NCBI GenBank assembly: GCA_977017575.1 | Contig: CDRNVI010000030.1 | Coordinates: forward strand, 930,001 to 994,000 | From: Paramoeba atlantica | Taxonomy: Eukaryota; Protista; Discosea | DNA: 64,000 bases | Direction of reading: 5' to 3' | In this document: positions 39,601-48,616 of the stretch, one piece after another | Position numbering within the stretch: the first letter of the stretch is position 1 | How the letters are laid out: the number at the start of each line of letters is the position of its first letter | Translations under genes and position numbers: made by a program | Notes under the pieces: model-generated | Database searches by the model: none | Seen by the model: only the letters and a program-made list of their open reading frames with translations | Told to the model about the DNA's origin: nothing

Positions 39601-39799
39601 AAATGGTCGGAATGGTCACCGCACCACACCATTTTGTGCATTCACAGTAGCGAGACACAATGACGTGAGACCAGGGACTTAGCACAAGCAAGACTAAACC
39701 AAGAAGAAAACAAAATACAGTGAAAACAACCATGGTGTAATCCACGTGATAAAATAAATGCTTCCTCGCACCACTTTGTTCCGCAGATTTGGCTTGCAT
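36698..39799 (-). CDS. Penicillin amidase / peptidase S45 family Ntn-hydrolase with N-terminal TM helices
   Basis: GLDGTIRIEWGEDGTP, AFFGQGFIHAQERF, QGRLSEILG, catalytic GSNAW, LGSDPHL, PGLPGI..G....AWGIT, THYGP and TAGNN. Confidence 0.9.
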   Translation of the reverse strand: MQAKSAEQSGARKHLFYHVDYTMVVFTVFCFLLGLVLLVLSPWSHVIVSRYCECTKWCGAVTIPTICLSVLTCVCLPLLAYRFTLFYDIELPFRRKMRGLYIPIFVLLIVALVSGGILTFVLIYVSQSSANYQRSHGNVEGLDGTIRIEWGEDGTPKLQAKSHRDAFFGQGFIHAQERFSQLVLSRAASQGRLSEILGNAGLENDIRVRTLNFDAVARAMCEGISPQHRSCIESYAAGVNLYRSRHPKPPPDMLLYYGPFKNVAKVEPWTAHDVCLSLVQIQSELSSNCQNEIDRWSTLFSNSSRGTDYDKVEQLYPFHRYLRDFEGKPFTTTVTEEDLAGPYCTPHVSKSRHTRAMEEDHSFQREKAVYDEMLGEWRQRTVPFQIETPHTEEIPSISPVPPLDASAAPDGLNLSPHSTSHDSEDKHPAPKPSDSSWEFFDFVPFRSYIEDMTLSWFQLGTDPSSHNTLKPDAPASPNPSPLPPPRASWWSGAFTPHGGSNAWVTRSPTAPTPTLGSDPHLEMYFPGSWYYLALHITDTNQTFLGASPPGLPGITVGASTTLAWGITLAMTDLCDLYVITPDPSRPQTHYLHNGTSLPYRTRHERVVVRGKQRPVALQLRDTHYGPLVHHLPGVAGANSGVLLAMWNAALQGGSAARTLEGFLLMVTGEVATVRGFREACLERIAAPALSVVLGDHAGGYGWGMTGRHRIRRPGHTGRYPMPGNGSFDPVGEIPMRELPWKVVPAEAAGGGGKEVDFITAGNNKMYPLAYRYALGYDYFPYFRATRMAEMLAGRGCDSVSRAAEIQLDNQSNLWTTLFRPWLQTQPGLRLRHPFLQEMYTRWEGAVVPGCRYPAVLWEYLSIVTQIAFEGRKRRDHAPVDPILGYYWSVDHAGSVALERAWEQAIYAPVGGWTEDWGYVQLPHLTLALTPFRCFGNRYPRKLGGDESSLNMMRGRRPGASHVRRIGPALRQILRVGEEVHVASVGGGSENPFSPFYDNTLQQWSVGEYRKKTFAEVGNLTRTDGAPVQYLRVR
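37540..38400. other. GC-rich skew-switch island 3, inside the penicillin amidase gene
   Basis: C-rich 37540-37900, G-rich 37950-38400; switch near 37930. Confidence 0.85.
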
Positions 39800-40077
39800 T
39801 GGTTGAATTATTTGTACTCGGATCTGCTCTATCTGGTGCCCCTACTGGCTCGTGTATTTTGGAGTCAACGCATACCAAACGTGTATCAAGTATGGAAATT
39901 TGACAGGCTAAAACCTAAAAAACATGATAGAAAATCACATGACAGAATATGAGCAATATAGAAGTATTTGTCTTCCTAGGTCTGTTTAACTGAATATCTA
40001 CTATGTGTCACCGTTAATCCCGGTGAGAGAATTCGACTATACATATTACAATGTCTCCATTCGATAATCGCACAAAT

Positions 40078-42063
40078 CTAGAGAAGCCTTCTAAGCGTTC
40101 TCACCTTAGTCTTGGAGGATATTTCGTCTGCGTCATCCCAGTAGCTGTCAATAAGCCGGGGCGACGGAGCTCTCGCGGGCGAGCTTAACGTGTCGCCGCC
40201 GGGAGACAGCGATCTGTGATTTCTAGACTCGCGACAAGGACGACACAGTTCCAGTTCCCCTAGGAAAGGGCATGTGCGTAGCTCCCCTTGAGGCAGCAGA
40301 TAACTCCCACAACTCACCTCGGACCAGAACGGGGCATCACATGGACGTTCCACCTCCTTTGAGTGCACCTCCGTACCATTCACAATCGTGATATGTCGAA
40401 GCACGGCACAGTTCGTGGAGCCGGTATACTGCATCTTCTTCGACGGAGAGAGCTGCGCAAACTCCTCTCCACCAGGTGACTTACCCCGTGTTGGGGTCCT
40501 CCCAAACGAAGTAAAATTCAACGGCAACTTATCCCCAGAGGAGCGATGCAACGCCCCTCGCTCCGAACGCGCAATCAACTCGTGCAACACCGAGGTCATC
40601 TCCTCCACCACGACCCCACTTTGTTGTGGCCCCAAGAGAGACCCCGAATCCCCCCGAACGTTTAGTTTCCCTCCTCCTCCTTTTTCCTCCCTCCTTTGCG
40701 GGGACGCCATCCCCCCTCCTTCCCAACCTTGTGGCTTCGGCTGTGACAGACTCCTGGTCACCACAAGCGTGTTCCCCACATTACTCTCCGCACTCCGTCG
40801 CGGGTGTAACGGAATCACCAAATCCCGTGACGCCCTTCCCCGTTTTCGTTGGTCATCCGGGGCCGACCGGCGTTCCGTCACGGTTCGTACCAACGTAATT
40901 TCCGGAACCCCGTGTGGGTCGGAGGGGGCCGTTGTTGCTGTTGTTGTTCCTATGTTATGCACTGTTCTCTCCTCACCCCTTCTTCCCCCTTTCGTCCTCT
41001 CTTGAGGACTCAACAACTCTCCCCCGATCTCTCCCTCCTCCTCCTCCTCCTCCTCCCCCGTACTCACCACTAAGGAAGGGGAAGTACCCGAGGAAGTGAT
41101 CAGAGAAGAAGAGGAAGAAGCCATAGAAGAAGTCATCATAGAAGTCATAGAAGAAGAAGAAGAAGAAGGAGCAGTAGTAGTAGTAATAGTAAAAGAAGAA
41201 GAAGAAGGGGAGGGGGAGAGGGGGGGAAACGAGGCGGCCCCTCCCAGCCTCTCCGGGGGCAGGTTGTGGAGTCGGGTACTGGTGGCGACACACGGGGAGG
41301 TGTCGGGGCTGGAGAACGAGCTGGAGAGGTAGGGGGGGGAGGGGGAGAGCGTAGGGGGGGTAGCCGTGAGAGGAGTCGTAGTGGGAGTAGGGGAGGTGGA
41401 GGCCGAGAGACGACCGTGGGCGGTGTGCGGGGGGAGGTTAAGGGAGTGGGCGGGGTGGGGGGCGGGGAGACGGTCGGGGGTGGTGGTGGTGGTGGTGAGG
41501 GTAGGAAAGGCAGGGGTGATGGGGTCCGTGCGTCGACGAAAGGAGGCGGTGAGGTTACGCCAGTGGGAACCGGGGCGGGTGGGGTGGCTGGAGACGGCGG
41601 CGAGGGGAAGATTGGGGGAGGGGTCGGGGGAGGGGGTGGTGGGAGTTCGGGTACGGTTCGGGGGGAGGGTACGGCGTGCACGGATGACTTTTTCGTACGG
41701 AGGAGGCTTGAGTTTTCCTGTTCCTCGTTCAGTGGGGATATCGGTGGATCCCCACCTCTTCATGTCGACGAGGGTGAGAGAGGGCTCGGAGGGGGCGGTC
41801 TCCTCTACGCACCACGAGACGCTCCTTTTAACATCAAACTTTATAGGTTGAAAAGGCGCGCTCCCATCAGTTTCGGCATTCGATGACTTGAATGTAGGCG
41901 GTGAAGAGATGGATACATCGCCAATAGGAATGTCAGGAGATGTATGAGGTTCCTGAAATGTGTGTGTCTTTGCTGCGCTGTCAGCCTCTGAGTCTGTACA
42001 GCCCCACTGTACAAGAATCACTACACAAATCAGCATGTCAGAGAGGCGTCTTCTGCTGAGCAT
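40078..42063 (-). CDS. Hypothetical low-complexity (Ser/Thr/Pro-rich) protein with a signal-like N-terminus
   Basis: 661-aa ATG ORF in the cluster orientation; no domain recognised. Confidence 0.6.
   Translation of the reverse strand: MLSRRRLSDMLICVVILVQWGCTDSEADSAAKTHTFQEPHTSPDIPIGDVSISSPPTFKSSNAETDGSAPFQPIKFDVKRSVSWCVEETAPSEPSLTLVDMKRWGSTDIPTERGTGKLKPPPYEKVIRARRTLPPNRTRTPTTPSPDPSPNLPLAAVSSHPTRPGSHWRNLTASFRRRTDPITPAFPTLTTTTTTPDRLPAPHPAHSLNLPPHTAHGRLSASTSPTPTTTPLTATPPTLSPSPPYLSSSFSSPDTSPCVATSTRLHNLPPERLGGAASFPPLSPSPSSSSFTITTTTAPSSSSSSMTSMMTSSMASSSSSLITSSGTSPSLVVSTGEEEEEEEGEIGGELLSPQERTKGGRRGEERTVHNIGTTTATTAPSDPHGVPEITLVRTVTERRSAPDDQRKRGRASRDLVIPLHPRRSAESNVGNTLVVTRSLSQPKPQGWEGGGMASPQRREEKGGGGKLNVRGDSGSLLGPQQSGVVVEEMTSVLHELIARSERGALHRSSGDKLPLNFTSFGRTPTRGKSPGGEEFAQLSPSKKMQYTGSTNCAVLRHITIVNGTEVHSKEVERPCDAPFWSEVSCGSYLLPQGELRTCPFLGELELCRPCRESRNHRSLSPGGDTLSSPARAPSPRLIDSYWDDADEISSKTKVRTLRRLL
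40590..41810. other. GC-rich skew-switch island 4, inside the 661-aa gene
   Basis: C/T-rich 40590-41060, G/A-rich 41100-41810; switch near 41080. Confidence 0.85.
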
Positions 42064-42432
42064 ATTAATTTAGAAGATGAGAAAAAGCACTAAGATAAGC
42101 CCATAGAATTTCTTTAGTTTTGTAATACTTACATCACATATAATTTGACTGATAAGCTGACTTGAATCAACCAGAAAAACTATAATTTGGTTAAAAGACA
42201 GCCGAACGTGCACCCATTCAATCGTTTTAGCATGTCCTTATTGTGTTCATGCATTTCATGTATGTTAGGTCTATCATTTCTTTTATTTTCCGTCGTAATA
42301 GGTTTCTCATATTCGTGCTTTTTTGACCAGAGAATAATTTATCTTCAGTGTTTTACCAGTTTGCTCTTGTAACACGTACTGCTACGCTACTAACACTACT
42401 AACTACTATGCTACTTACGTGTAAAATTAGTA

Positions 42433-45400
42433 TTACCTCGCAAGGCCCATCTCACCAAACAGATCCGATAACGGAATATATTGTCCGACAGCACTGTGCT
42501 GATAACGCTGCGCTAGGTGATGCAAATCGAAGTAGTAATCGTAGCCTTGCGGGGGCAATGTATCCGAAGCGGATCTTCTAACGGCTGCATCAAACTGAGC
42601 TACAGAAAGGGGCTGGCCGACCAAGTCACCCTCCACAAATTCCCTACAGATAGTGTGCTGGTGCACAACCCAGACTAGGGCTTTGGCAAGTCCAGTCGCG
42701 TCGTGAGAGATAGATGGCGGGTGTAAGCGCTCAAGCACGGTGTACAGCGTCCCCCATACACCTTGGTTTTCAATAATTTTATCTTGAATGCGACCTTCCA
42801 CATATGACAAAATATGCCGTGTGCTAAACAGTGCTTCAAAATAATCGAATTGCTGACGAAGCACATCTTCAGTGATCCGTTCACTTTGCTCATCCTCCAG
42901 CATCTCATCCTGAGTTAAGTGTAAAGAGAAGTTTACGTGTTTGGTGTAGTAGTTACCCTGCGCTTTTCGAGCGCTTAGCGTTACACAGTTCATCACGTAT
43001 TTAAAAGGAATTTCGAAGCTGCAACCTGGACAAGAATACCAAGGATGAGGCTGGATCAACGATTTCATATTTGTGAGGTCTGATTTCGGATCCAAAAGTC
43101 GTTCTACTAGGGCGAATGCTTTTTCTAAAAAATATTTGTGGGGCTGAATGGTAATGGTAGAGCGACATTTTATACGGGGACATTGTACAGAAAGGTGTGA
43201 TGCTTTTACAAACACCTCTTCAGGATTTGCATATCGCTGAGCCTGTACAAATTTCTCCTTTTCTTGATCGATATGAATCGCAGAGGTCGAACTTGTATGC
43301 ACCACTTTTTTAGGATCTAGTCCCATAGCTTCAGCAACCATTTCAAGATTACACCCATCAATGTGTTCTAGAAGTCGTGTGACAGGGGGGAATAACTGCG
43401 TGTTTACGTACCACAAAATATCTGGCCGGATACTGGAATTTTCCTTCATTTCAAATGGATGAAAACAACGTTGTGATAACTTTGTACCATTGCTTGGCAC
43501 AGAATCCGTAGTTTCGGCTTCACACACGATGTACGGAATCAGATCCCCGACTTGAACTGACTCGTTACGCTCTTTCATACGAAGGGCCACACATACATGA
43601 GGATGATCTGCGACGTTTTGATACTCCTTTGGTTCTTTCGCGAGACTCTTGTAAACAACAAGGTCATCTAATGATATCTCATGATTCTTTATCCTTTCTG
43701 CGAGTTTCAAAAGGTAGTCTGTAATCATTTCTGAAGTTTCTTTTTCTTGCGGATTTTCAGTAAGAATGGCTTCAAGAATAAAATTGCATGCATTTTTCGA
43801 TAGAGCACACCACTCTCGACGAACAACATCTAGTCCCTTGATTTCTCGACGCATTTTGATACCCTTTTCCATAAAATCCACCACTTGCAGGGCAGCATAC
43901 TTTTTCTTTCGAACAAGCAACATTGTGCGAAATATTCCATCAATATCGATTTCCAAAGTTTTGTAGCTCTTGTTAACCGCGTCTTTTATTTGCTGCGCAA
44001 CTGCACGTACTGCGGCCAAATCTTGTGTAATACCTGTGCTGATCATGACGGAGTCGGTATCACCATATATCACTTGCAAATTCGGATTAATTCGTGGAAC
44101 AAGTTCTACAGCTTGTGTCAGTGCATCTCTACCTTGCTGCGTAATTAATTCAGCCAAAAATTGTGCGTAGAATCTACTGTAACAAAAACCTAAACAACCG
44201 TACATGGAATTTGCAGTAAGTTTTAGAGCTTTTTGTCTAATTTCTAGCTGCCTTCGTTTGTCTTCCTGTTTCACTGAATGTATTAGCTTTTTGACCTCTC
44301 TTCGACTATCTACCAACTCTTTGAGAACTTTGGGAAGTATATTTCGATGTTTACAAGGTCCTTGTAAACTCTTGCGGGCACAGTCTTCACAAATCAATTG
44401 ATCAGGGGTGGGTAAACTCGCTATTGCCGTCTCACTATCTGCACTGCTCAAAGTATGGCGTACTGTCGTAAAACAAATGTTAAACTCTTGGATGATGCTA
44501 GGATACAAGCTATTAAAGTCGAGCAAAAGAACATAGTCGGTGTACAGACCACGTCGGGGTTCCAATACCATACCACCCATATATTTAGCCTTCCGTTTCC
44601 CGCCGATTTCACGTGCCTCGGTGTCCTCTTCATTGTCCTTAGCATCATTTTGTAGAAGTTTGAAGGATGGCTTGTCCGGCAACACAAATTTGTTAGCGTA
44701 AAACTTATGTAACAAAAGAAATTCAATTCGCTCGGCGCGTGCGCCATTCATCGTGCGCGACCATACGTTACCAGCTAGTGTAGTCATTCTCTTGGTGAGC
44801 GGTATGATATCCAAAAACAAGGCCAGTCCGGTTGCATAAAAAGCTTTCTGCATACAATTTGATACGACGCCAAAAACACCATCTTTAGTGCTCATTTGGC
44901 GAGATGGAGGCTGTTCCTCCTCTGAACGTGCGTTTTCTTCACCTCCGGCTAAGTTCGAGATACCAGTTCCCGACAAATTTAGCTGTGCAGCCAAATCTCC
45001 CAAATTGTAGCTTGTAGCTTTGACGTATTCCTTAGCAATCAAATATGTATCGCAACAAAGACGTCCAGCTAGCACTTCACGCTCAGCAGCAGAGGACTCT
45101 GCCATACCCCCAACCCCTGCTTGAAGCTTTGGAATTTCATGCAGGCGAAGCCGACCCAACCGAGACCAATTGGCAACCTTAAGGGCACTCAAGCGATGCA
45201 GTAAAACATCTAGATGAAAGGAATAAAAATTGTGACCAACAACGATGTCGGGATCTTCCATAAGCAAATATGACAAGAAATTTTCGAGCAGTGTTTTTTC
45301 ATTGTTCATGATCTCTGGACTCGGAAGTTTACGGCTCAAAAAAAGCTCCTCTAGCCCAAATGGCAAAAGCGAATCTGGTTCCGGTTTACGTAACCCGGTC

Positions 45401-46941
45401 CAGAAAACCTTTTGTGTGTTCTCCAACTTACTTCCTTGCTCAGTGTCCATGGAACGCAACGTTAGAACACTAATGCCAAGAATTTCGTTCGTTTTTCGCT
45501 TCGCATTCAATTCAGTAATAAGATTGATGCTACATAAGCACAATTTTGGGGACGGACGATGTACATCACTTGACAATGTGTGAATTTGTTTCATGCCTTC
45601 TATTTCGAACTCTTCACTACAATACGTAACACGGCGACCGGGCAAGACAGATATGGGATTGTCAATCTGTAACCAGCAAGGACCCATTATGCGCCTCTTC
45701 AGTAGAAGATTTTCTAGACATGAACGATGTTGTCCGAATACCTCTGTAAAAGTTTTATGCTTACGATTTTCCAGAGGCAATGAAGGATCCATTGCTGAAT
45801 ACCTCATTTTTACCCAAGTTGTTTTCTCTGTTGGTACGTTAGGCTTTCCAAAAGCATACCACCGTTCAACTTTCTTAAAATACCGACGACGTATGCCAAC
45901 TTTCTGGCAAAGCTCAGTAAGTTCTTGCACAACAAGTTCAAACGAGTTTTCCGTTCCATCCTCCAGAGTGATGCGAGGCAAAATAAACAATACGTGCTCT
46001 GGATTGCGGACGCGAAGACTACAACTCTGCCACTCAGTGTTTCCTCTGCACATTTTACCGAAGAAATAAACATCTTTCGACCGCGGTAATTCCCGCGCAT
46101 CAATCCAATACATTTCAAGCGATTCTCCGGAGGGAAGTACAGGCCCTGGCTCGACTTTAATCTCCGACTTCATAGGAGTTGAAATATGAGAAGACGACAA
46201 AAATTCCATTTTAATCTCATGCGTTGCGGAAGTCGAAGCAGCTTGCGAGACGTCTGGCACAATTTTCCTGGCTGCAGTAAATCGCGAGGGACCTGCGGGA
46301 GGAGAGGAACATTGAAGAAATTCTTTTGTGTTGTCGTTGCGAAACTGCCCGGTTGGGGGTAAGTCTTGTGGCATGTCATGGGCGACGTGCTTTGCGGACT
46401 CTGTGATAGTTGTCTTTATCTCTTCATCAGTTTCTTTCCTCAAATTGTCTCTAGGCTGATATTTTTGTATTCCCGTTCCGAACAAAATCGCATTTAAATC
46501 TGGCTCTTCATCGCTTTCGTTGTCGTCGAACAGTGTATTATCCGAGTGCAACAGAGTATGTATACGTTGATCTAGGTCCTCTATTGCACTAGGTTCAAAA
46601 GCGATTCCCTGCATGCCACCGGAGAGTTGGGAGGTATTTGCAGGGGCAGAAGTAAGACTTTGTAGAATACTAACCTTCGGAGCCGGTTTCACAGTAGATT
46701 TCATTTCTTTCTTTTGCTCCTTTTTTTCGTTCGCACGTGTTTCCTTCTCTTTTTTGACACGAGCCGCCCGATCTGCCCTCTGTGCCTGTCTGCGAGATTT
46801 CTTCCTCTCAGGTTCGCGGTACATACCGCTCTGAGTTTCAGGGTCAAAGTTTGGGTCAAACAAATCATCGTCTTCCTGAATGTTATCCAAAGCACTTTTT
46901 ACGTTTGACTCTAAATTATTTTCTTCATCAGTTCCGCTCAT
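42433..46941 (-). CDS. POLA1: DNA polymerase alpha catalytic subunit
   Basis: FFGKM..WQSCSLRV, LLLKRRIMGPCWL, DPDIVVGHN, LLLDFNSLYPSIIQEFNICFTT, RQKALKLTANSMYGCLG and VIYGDTDS. Likely start MSGTDEE at 46941. Confidence 0.97.
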   Translation of the reverse strand: MSGTDEENNLESNVKSALDNIQEDDDLFDPNFDPETQSGMYREPERKKSRRQAQRADRAARVKKEKETRANEKKEQKKEMKSTVKPAPKVSILQSLTSAPANTSQLSGGMQGIAFEPSAIEDLDQRIHTLLHSDNTLFDDNESDEEPDLNAILFGTGIQKYQPRDNLRKETDEEIKTTITESAKHVAHDMPQDLPPTGQFRNDNTKEFLQCSSPPAGPSRFTAARKIVPDVSQAASTSATHEIKMEFLSSSHISTPMKSEIKVEPGPVLPSGESLEMYWIDARELPRSKDVYFFGKMCRGNTEWQSCSLRVRNPEHVLFILPRITLEDGTENSFELVVQELTELCQKVGIRRRYFKKVERWYAFGKPNVPTEKTTWVKMRYSAMDPSLPLENRKHKTFTEVFGQHRSCLENLLLKRRIMGPCWLQIDNPISVLPGRRVTYCSEEFEIEGMKQIHTLSSDVHRPSPKLCLCSINLITELNAKRKTNEILGISVLTLRSMDTEQGSKLENTQKVFWTGLRKPEPDSLLPFGLEELFLSRKLPSPEIMNNEKTLLENFLSYLLMEDPDIVVGHNFYSFHLDVLLHRLSALKVANWSRLGRLRLHEIPKLQAGVGGMAESSAAEREVLAGRLCCDTYLIAKEYVKATSYNLGDLAAQLNLSGTGISNLAGGEENARSEEEQPPSRQMSTKDGVFGVVSNCMQKAFYATGLALFLDIIPLTKRMTTLAGNVWSRTMNGARAERIEFLLLHKFYANKFVLPDKPSFKLLQNDAKDNEEDTEAREIGGKRKAKYMGGMVLEPRRGLYTDYVLLLDFNSLYPSIIQEFNICFTTVRHTLSSADSETAIASLPTPDQLICEDCARKSLQGPCKHRNILPKVLKELVDSRREVKKLIHSVKQEDKRRQLEIRQKALKLTANSMYGCLGFCYSRFYAQFLAELITQQGRDALTQAVELVPRINPNLQVIYGDTDSVMISTGITQDLAAVRAVAQQIKDAVNKSYKTLEIDIDGIFRTMLLVRKKKYAALQVVDFMEKGIKMRREIKGLDVVRREWCALSKNACNFILEAILTENPQEKETSEMITDYLLKLAERIKNHEISLDDLVVYKSLAKEPKEYQNVADHPHVCVALRMKERNESVQVGDLIPYIVCEAETTDSVPSNGTKLSQRCFHPFEMKENSSIRPDILWYVNTQLFPPVTRLLEHIDGCNLEMVAEAMGLDPKKVVHTSSTSAIHIDQEKEKFVQAQRYANPEEVFVKASHLSVQCPRIKCRSTITIQPHKYFLEKAFALVERLLDPKSDLTNMKSLIQPHPWYSCPGCSFEIPFKYVMNCVTLSARKAQGNYYTKHVNFSLHLTQDEMLEDEQSERITEDVLRQQFDYFEALFSTRHILSYVEGRIQDKIIENQGVWGTLYTVLERLHPPSISHDATGLAKALVWVVHQHTICREFVEGDLVGQPLSVAQFDAAVRRSASDTLPPQGYDYYFDLHHLAQRYQHSAVGQYIPLSDLFGEMGLAR

Positions 46942-47103
46942 TTTCGTCTTTTTTGTAGAGGAAATAATATAATAATAATCGTTAGTTCGACGCATGAAAA
47001 AATAGAGCCTTGCACTGAATTGGGCAGACAACGAAATTTAGAAAAACAAATTGCAGTTGCATGTGATAAAGTACCAAAATTCGACATTGAAGTCGATAAT
47101 GCG

Positions 47104-47859
47104 CTAATCCAAAACAAAGGGAATAGAAACATCTTCTATACGCAAAGTTAAGGTTTTTAAGTCTATACATGCCTGATGTCTCCGCAATTGGTCAATGCCT
47201 AGAATGAAATTTATGTCACTAGTACTGATTTTTTCTACAATGGTTAGCGTAATTGGAAGCGATGTATCGTGCAGTTGGAGCAGTGCCATATGTACCCTGC
47301 CGATGATACATCCAGATCCTATACCGCGAGCTATTCCCTGAAAGCGTCTATCAAGAAGCCGAATTAACCCACATTTCTCTGCGCACTCCTGACTCATTAT
47401 CGACATCTGAGCTCCGGTATCAATTAAGGCCTTTAGGGGGACTTGATTGATCATTCCCTGCACGTAGAGCAAGGGCATAGGAACTAAAGACTCGGGATTA
47501 TGTTCGTAACCAAGGGCAATGTTATCCGATAGATTTTGAGCTTGAATCTTTTCATAGGCTATACGCTGTGATTCGGCATTAAAGTCATCTTGAGGTACCG
47601 AGTTGGTCAATCTAGAAACTGTCGAATCTGTTCTTTGAACGTAGAGAGTATTTTTATTGCTTAAAGAGAGATCGCTGATATTAGCGTTATTTGCCTGCTG
47701 TTCTGTGTATGTTTGCTGGTTGGGAAAAGTAATCTTCTGTTGACCAGTTGGTATATCAAGTTTTCTTTCTATGGCTTCAAAAATTCCTCTTGTAGAAATA
47801 TTGTCATCAACGTCGAGAGTACATCCCATCATATCCGAGGTGAACACTATGAGATGCAT
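47104..47859 (-). CDS. DDI1: DNA-damage-inducible protein 1 (UBL + retroviral-like aspartic protease)
   Basis: Ubiquitin-like N-terminus and KALIDTGAQMSIMS..CAEKCGL.RL.D.RF.GIA.G.G..I.GRVH. No UBA domain. Confidence 0.92.
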   Translation of the reverse strand: MHLIVFTSDMMGCTLDVDDNISTRGIFEAIERKLDIPTGQQKITFPNQQTYTEQQANNANISDLSLSNKNTLYVQRTDSTVSRLTNSVPQDDFNAESQRIAYEKIQAQNLSDNIALGYEHNPESLVPMPLLYVQGMINQVPLKALIDTGAQMSIMSQECAEKCGLIRLLDRRFQGIARGIGSGCIIGRVHMALLQLHDTSLPITLTIVEKISTSDINFILGIDQLRRHQACIDLKTLTLRIEDVSIPFVLD

Positions 47860-48616
47860 CAAAATATACAGTGGAATAAGAAAAATACATAAGACAGTTT
47901 CGCGAAGCTTATAATTTATAAGATCACAAGATAGATTCTGTAACTACTCCTCGCTTAATTTAAACGACGAACCAGTATGAAACGAAGCTTCACAAAGGAA
48001 AGCGTATTATTTCAAGGCGAGAAAAACTGATAAAAATAAAGACTTTAAAAAAATAAGCACAAAGAAGTTTAAGTGTCACATTACCAATTAAAAACCGGTT
48101 TATACATTTGTATATTATCTTCATAGCTTCACAATTAGACTATCAGACGTATTTTCGATCATCAATTAGACTGAAGTGAATAAGATTTCAAGGATTATTA
48201 TGAATTGCATCAGATGGAACAAGAATGGAAACGACACTTACTCAACTTTATAAGACATAAAAAAAGATACTATTTTTTTGATACGATACTGTTGAATGAA
48301 ACGATATTGTTTACTCCTTAAAGCCTTCCGTAAATATAAAAGCGTATAAATATACGTGTATTACTAAATATAAGTAAATATAAAATCATATGTATATACA
48401 TGGGTGGGCACCTTCAGAGTGGGGGGGTCTAAAATTCGTAAAACTTGTTCAATTTTGGAAAGTAATAGCGCATTCGAGAGCTCTCAAATAGTCTGGTGTA
48501 ATCGTAAAAAGCACTCTGCGAAAGTTTACGGGAATCAAAGAAAGCTAGAATGGTCCCAAACACGAATTGCAACTTTATTTTTTAAGCGAAAAAGTCCTTT
48601 TTTTCCAAAAAAAATC

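Noticed and set aside
32264-41886. Long plus-strand and alternate-frame ORFs over the GC islands (e.g. 32264-33139, 37655-38395, 41266-41886)
   Set aside because: Shadow ORFs caused by stop-codon depletion in GC-rich, skewed sequence opposite real genes.
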